Below, piece by piece: positions 15,815 through 19,713 of a stretch of DNA of 19,713 nt. The notes under the pieces are model-generated. The model was not told where the DNA came from. It worked only from the letters and a program-made list of their open reading frames with translations, and made no database searches. The first letter of the stretch is position 1. Each line of letters begins with the position of its first letter. The stretch comes from a bacterium (lineage in GTDB: Bacteria; Babelota; Babeliae; Babelales; JABCYS01): NCBI GenBank assembly GCA_027452085.1, contig DAIDHG010000016.1, positions 1-19,713 of the forward strand. The letters are read 5' to 3'. The translations under genes and the position numbers were made by a program.

Positions 15815-17539
15815 TTAAGCAACCACTTGGTAGTCACGCTCGCCCGGCTCTTCACTGACGGCAACTGAAAGCACCTCTTCAATAGTGGTTACGCCTTCCT
15901 TCAGGCGACGCACCCCATCTTCGATCATCAAGGTCATACCTTCAGCGGTTGCTTTATTGCGAATGACATTTGCATCAGCGCGCTGCATGGTCAACTGTGC
16001 TACTGCTGGCGTCATTTCCATGATCTCAAAGATCGCCAAACGGCCTTTGTAGCCAGTATTACTACAGTTTGCACAGCCAACGGCTTTATAAAAAGTAATT
16101 TTCTTCGCTGCGGCGGCAGTCAGCCCAAGAGGCGCAATCATATCAGCTGCCGGCGTAAATGCCGTTTTGCAATTTGGGCATAATTGTCTGACTAATCGCT
16201 GTGCGACGATGCATACAATAGTTGAAGCAATTAAAAAGGGTTCTATGCCCATATCAATTAATCGCGTAATAGTTGCTGGTGCATTATTCGTGTGAATAGT
16301 GCTCAGAACTAAGTGGCCGGTCAACGCTGCTTGAATTGCAATCTGCGCCGTTTCGCTATCACGTGTTTCACCAATCATGATGATGTCGGGGTCCTGTCGC
16401 AAAATTTCCCGCAATGCGGCAGCAAAGGTAAGACCAATTTTATCTTGTACCTGGATCTGGGCGATACCGGCAATTTGGTATTCAATCGGATCTTCAACCG
16501 TCATGATATTTACGTCTGGTGTGTTAAGCTGCGTCAATATCGCATAGAGTGTAGTGGTTTTACCAGAACCAGTCGGACCGGAGACGAGAATAATACCATT
16601 GGGTTTTGCAATATTTTTTTGTAGTACCGTCAGATCACGCTCAGAAAAACCAATGCTTGAGAGAGCAACCAGGGCACGTGATTTATCCAATAATCGCATA
16701 ACAACTCGCTCGCCAAATTGCACGGGCACGATTGACACCCGAATATCTATCGGCTTATCGGCTACACGAATCATGATACGACCGCCCTGCGGTTTACGCT
16801 TTTCGGCAATATTCATGTTAGCCATGATTTTAATACGAGAGATCAGCGCTGCTTGCGCACGCTTAGGCGGTGTTAATGCCAATTGCATAACCCCATCTAT
16901 GCGATAACGCACATGTATCTCTTTTTCATACGGCTCAATATGAATATCAGATGCCCCTTGCTTGACTGCCTGATACAAAATGTGATTAACCAATTTAATG
17001 ATCGGTGCTTCAGCTGCTGCACCGGTAATTTCCATCTCTTCAATGGCACCAAGATCCACCGCCTCGGCCGCTAAGCCTTTTTCTCCTTCAAGCTCGGCAA
17101 CTAATTGCTTAGCACCTTCAAGCGGGTAAAAGCGATTTATACCATCCAATATGGTTTTGGCAGTTGCAATGCCCATGCCCAAATCGCCACCTAAGAGAAG
17201 ATTAAGCTCATCAATCGCCTGGAAATTGCGCGGATCGGCGGTCAGGATGATAACAGTGCCTTCATAGGTGACGGGCATTACTACTTGGTCGCGTAAAAAT
17301 TTAAGCGGAATACGGGCAAGTAAGGCAGGATCGGCCATCGATTCAGAAATGCTGTGCACCAACGGCACCCCAAACTGCTTTGCATATGCTTGCGCTAAGA
17401 GCTCGGGAGTGACAAACCCTCGCTGCAATAAACAATGCTCAAACGATTGCTTGGTCACCGCAACATCAGCTTCGCATTGGCCTCGTTGCTCGGGCGTAAT
17501 GGCTTTTAGTTCGAGAAGTATTGATATTAAGTCTTTCAT
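15815..17539 (-). CDS. Type II secretion/type IV pilus assembly ATPase (GspE/PilB family)
   Basis: ASDIHIEP, RYRIDG, Walker A GPTGSGKT, TVEDPIEY, LRQDPDIIMIGETRD, LTGHLVLSTIHTN, Zn motif CPNC..GCANC, GYKGR; GAGG SD. Confidence 0.95.
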   Translation of the reverse strand: MKDLISILLELKAITPEQRGQCEADVAVTKQSFEHCLLQRGFVTPELLAQAYAKQFGVPLVHSISESMADPALLARIPLKFLRDQVVMPVTYEGTVIILTADPRNFQAIDELNLLLGGDLGMGIATAKTILDGINRFYPLEGAKQLVAELEGEKGLAAEAVDLGAIEEMEITGAAAEAPIIKLVNHILYQAVKQGASDIHIEPYEKEIHVRYRIDGVMQLALTPPKRAQAALISRIKIMANMNIAEKRKPQGGRIMIRVADKPIDIRVSIVPVQFGERVVMRLLDKSRALVALSSIGFSERDLTVLQKNIAKPNGIILVSGPTGSGKTTTLYAILTQLNTPDVNIMTVEDPIEYQIAGIAQIQVQDKIGLTFAAALREILRQDPDIIMIGETRDSETAQIAIQAALTGHLVLSTIHTNNAPATITRLIDMGIEPFLIASTIVCIVAQRLVRQLCPNCKTAFTPAADMIAPLGLTAAAAKKITFYKAVGCANCSNTGYKGRLAIFEIMEMTPAVAQLTMQRADANVIRNKATAEGMTLMIEDGVRRLKEGVTTIEEVLSVAVSEEPGERDYQVVA

Positions 17540-17822
17540 ATCGCCTCATCCACTTTGCTACGTTTAGAACTATAAGTTCTCGCCTTTAGCCCATGCTGGG
17601 CGAACCCAACGCACTTTTTCCCAAGGCCTCAATGTTATCTTTTTTAGCTAACGTCTTTTTAATTTCTTCATTTTCTTCTAGGACAGAAATCATATCAAAA
17701 CTGGTCATCAATGAAATGGTCGAACTTCACCAAGTCAGACCCAAAACGAGGTATCCTTTGACCCAAAGCCCAACTAGCCATACAATAGCTATCCTAAACT
17801 CATTAAAAGACAGTACAAAATC

Positions 17823-19601
17823 ATGGAAAAACAACAAAAGCACAGCGAGTCGGGGTCTGACAAGACCCAAGCGAGCGAAGCGCACTCTAGACAACGTAGT
17901 TGTCAATACAACGCAAAATCTGAAGAGCAGCGGATCCAGCAACGCTGGGAAGCTGAACAAACCAATGCCATGGAGCAATATCATGGCCAGCTCTACTCTA
18001 TTGATACACCACCGCCAACTGTTTCTGGCTCTTTGCACATCGGTCACATTTTTTCCTATACCCAAACCGATATTATCGCCCGCTACCAACGACTAACCGG
18101 GAAAAAAGTTTTTTATCCTTTTGGCTTTGATGACAATGGATTGCCAACAGAACGTTTTGTAGAGAAGAAAAAAGAGATCACAGCGTTCCAGCTTGGCAGA
18201 TCTGCCTTCATTAATGTATGCCTTGAAGTAACTGCAGACGTCGAAAAAGAGTTTGAACGTCTATGGCGCAGCATAGGCCTATCAGTAGATTGGTCATCAT
18301 GCTACTCGACCATTTCTGACTCAACCCGCGCCATTTCACAGGCATCATTTATTGAGCTGTATAAAAAAGGGTATGTATACCGCAAATACGAACCGGCATT
18401 GTATTGCACCGCGTGCCGCACCTCAGTGGCTCAAGCTGAACTTGATGATGCCGAAAAGCCTTCCTTCTTTAATGATATAGAATTTGCCAGAGTATCCAGC
18501 TCGCACCCAGGACGGGATGACTCATCTGCGTTGGCACATGAGATACCGCTCATCGTCGGCACGACGCGGCCTGAATTATTACCGGCATGCGTAGCCCTTT
18601 TGTATAATCCGCAGGATACACGATACCAACATTTGGCTGGTCAAAAGGCAATCGTACCGTTATTTGGCCAAGAGGTGCCAATTCTTGCCGATGAGCAGGT
18701 GCAGATCGACAAAGGCACTGGCTTAGTGATGGTATGCACTTTTGGTGATAAAACTGACATTGCATGGGTCAAGAAATTTAATTTGCCCTATCGTGCGGTT
18801 GTTGGCCTGGATGGTAAATGGACTCAAGAGGCTGGCTTTTTGGCTGGATTAAAAGCTGAGGCAGCACGAACGGCTGTGCTTGAAAAACTTAAGGATCTTG
18901 GCCTCTTAAAAGGCCAAAAGCCTATTATGCATGCCGTGAATGTGCACGAACGCTGCAAGCGCGAAATTGAATTCATGCCACTCAAGCAGTGGTTTGTGAA
19001 TATTTTGGATCATAAGCAAAAATTTATTGAACTTGCTAATCAGATTAATTGGTATCCTGCCTTTATGAAATCTCGGTATATCGACTGGGTACAACATTTG
19101 GGTTGGGATTGGTGCATCTCACGCCAACGGTTTTTTGGCATCCCATTCCCGGTCTGGTATTGCGATAGCTGTAACGAGGTTATTCTTGCGGAGGCACACC
19201 AACTTCCCGTTGACCCGCAAGAATCAATACCAGCTGCCTGCACAAAATGCGGCAGCAAAGAGCTCTCGCCAGATCGCGATGTGATGGATACCTGGAATAC
19301 ATCTTCGTTAACGCCGTATATTTGTGCGGATTTATATAATAAAAAAACAGGTAAAAAAACAATACAAAACCCCGACATCCTTCGACAAGCTCAGGACGAA
19401 CGGGGTTTTGTACCGATGACAATGCGGCCGCAGGCGCATGATATTATTCGCACCTGGGCATTTGATACGATCGTAAAAGTGTGGATGCATCAAGAAACGA
19501 TTCCATGGTCCAACATTATTATCTCAGGGCACGTACTTGCCGATAGCAAGGAGAAGTTGTCAAAATCCAAGGGCAATGAAAGAACATGTCAGGGCATATG
19601 A
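17823..19601 (+). CDS. valS: Valine-tRNA ligase, type 2 (archaeal-like), truncated just after KMSKS
   Basis: IDTPPPTVSGSLHIGH, GFDDNGLPTER, TTRPELLPAC, GTGLVMVCTFGD, WDWCISRQR, DVMDTWNTSS, MRPQAHDIIRTWAF, KLSKSKGN. The anticodon-binding domain is absent; stop at 19599-19601. Confidence 0.93.
   Translation: MEKQQKHSESGSDKTQASEAHSRQRSCQYNAKSEEQRIQQRWEAEQTNAMEQYHGQLYSIDTPPPTVSGSLHIGHIFSYTQTDIIARYQRLTGKKVFYPFGFDDNGLPTERFVEKKKEITAFQLGRSAFINVCLEVTADVEKEFERLWRSIGLSVDWSSCYSTISDSTRAISQASFIELYKKGYVYRKYEPALYCTACRTSVAQAELDDAEKPSFFNDIEFARVSSSHPGRDDSSALAHEIPLIVGTTRPELLPACVALLYNPQDTRYQHLAGQKAIVPLFGQEVPILADEQVQIDKGTGLVMVCTFGDKTDIAWVKKFNLPYRAVVGLDGKWTQEAGFLAGLKAEAARTAVLEKLKDLGLLKGQKPIMHAVNVHERCKREIEFMPLKQWFVNILDHKQKFIELANQINWYPAFMKSRYIDWVQHLGWDWCISRQRFFGIPFPVWYCDSCNEVILAEAHQLPVDPQESIPAACTKCGSKELSPDRDVMDTWNTSSLTPYICADLYNKKTGKKTIQNPDILRQAQDERGFVPMTMRPQAHDIIRTWAFDTIVKVWMHQETIPWSNIIISGHVLADSKEKLSKSKGNERTCQGI
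17831..17904. repeat. Multi-hairpin palindromic element in frame at the valS 5' end
   Basis: GAGT(17847)..ACTC(17884) encloses GGGTCT-gaca-AGACCC and GCG-agcgaag-CGC, followed by GACAAC-gta-GTTGTC (17890-17904). Encodes about 24 residues between MEK and QYNAK. Confidence 0.7.
18485..18536. repeat. Imperfect palindromic element in frame within valS
   Basis: TGCCA-GAGT-ATCC ... GGAT-g-ACTC ... TGGCA nested arms; encodes ARVSSSHPGRDDSSALA just before IVGTTRPE. Confidence 0.55.
19363..19412. repeat. REP-like palindromic element (CCTTCGACAAGCTCAGGA core) in frame within valS
   Basis: Perfect 12-bp inverted repeat TACAAAACCCCG (19363-19374)/CGGGGTTTTGTA (19401-19412) around TCCTTCGACAAGCTCAGGACGAA. 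Reads LRQAQDER on + and PVRPELVEG on -. Confidence 0.85.
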
Positions 19602-19713
19602 AGCATTGTTGAAATCGGTCGAGGATGATGAACTAACTGATTTCGGTGATACCAAGCCAGATGTCGACGTCTTTAGCCGAAAAATGTTGAAATACAACAA
19701 GAATGAGATTGGT
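19576..19713 (+). other. Non-ValRS sequence with an open frame running off the right edge
   Basis: The frame from ATG 19576 is open for 46 codons (MKEHVRAYEALLKSVEDDELTDFGDTKPDVDVFSRKMLKYNKNEIG). No + frame resembles the expected ValRS continuation. Confidence 0.4.

Noticed and set aside
17738..17767. Direct repeat GACCCAAA x2 upstream of valS
   Set aside because: Two 8-mers only; not a CRISPR or iteron array.
17540..17822. T-box leader upstream of valS (also considered for pheT)
   Set aside because: No T-box GGTGGNACCGCG-like sequence or terminator/antiterminator was found.
349..19422. Many short antisense or alternate-frame ORFs in the track (e.g. 4266-4715, 2883-3254, 17593-18096, 17727-18089, 19180-19422)
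   Set aside because: They overlap well-supported genes and show no recognisable motifs. The PELVEG in 19180-19422 is just the reverse reading of the repeat.

Overview
Gene-dense bacterial chromosomal window made mostly of housekeeping genes: comF (partial)-pgpA-lspA-pheT on the minus strand, headed by an in-frame DUF4160+DUF2442 fusion gene; prmC-pilM-like-pilN-mutL; tRNA-Lys(TTT) and tRNA-Glu(TTC) with promoter and terminator; mgtE; an RluD-type pseudouridine synthase; a minus-strand unit of PilB/GspE ATPase, prepilin, tamB, an exported protein and a secreted PLD-family nuclease; and an archaeal-type valS that breaks off just after its KMSKS motif near the window end. The gene style suggests Candidatus Dependentiae (TM6/Babeliae), which is an unverified inference. 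Most unusual signals: (1) at least three short palindromic elements inserted in frame in valS and probably a fourth in prmC, each at a point where the protein appears to have extra residues, reminiscent of Rickettsia palindromic elements; (2) a putative toxin-antitoxin pair fused by what looks like a single-A deletion, with a dnaX-like A_AAA_AAG slippery site and hairpin at the domain junction, 1 nt upstream of pheT where pheS usually lies; (3) an abrupt switch to non-ValRS sequence at about 19578. No CRISPR array, rRNA, integrase or transposase was seen.
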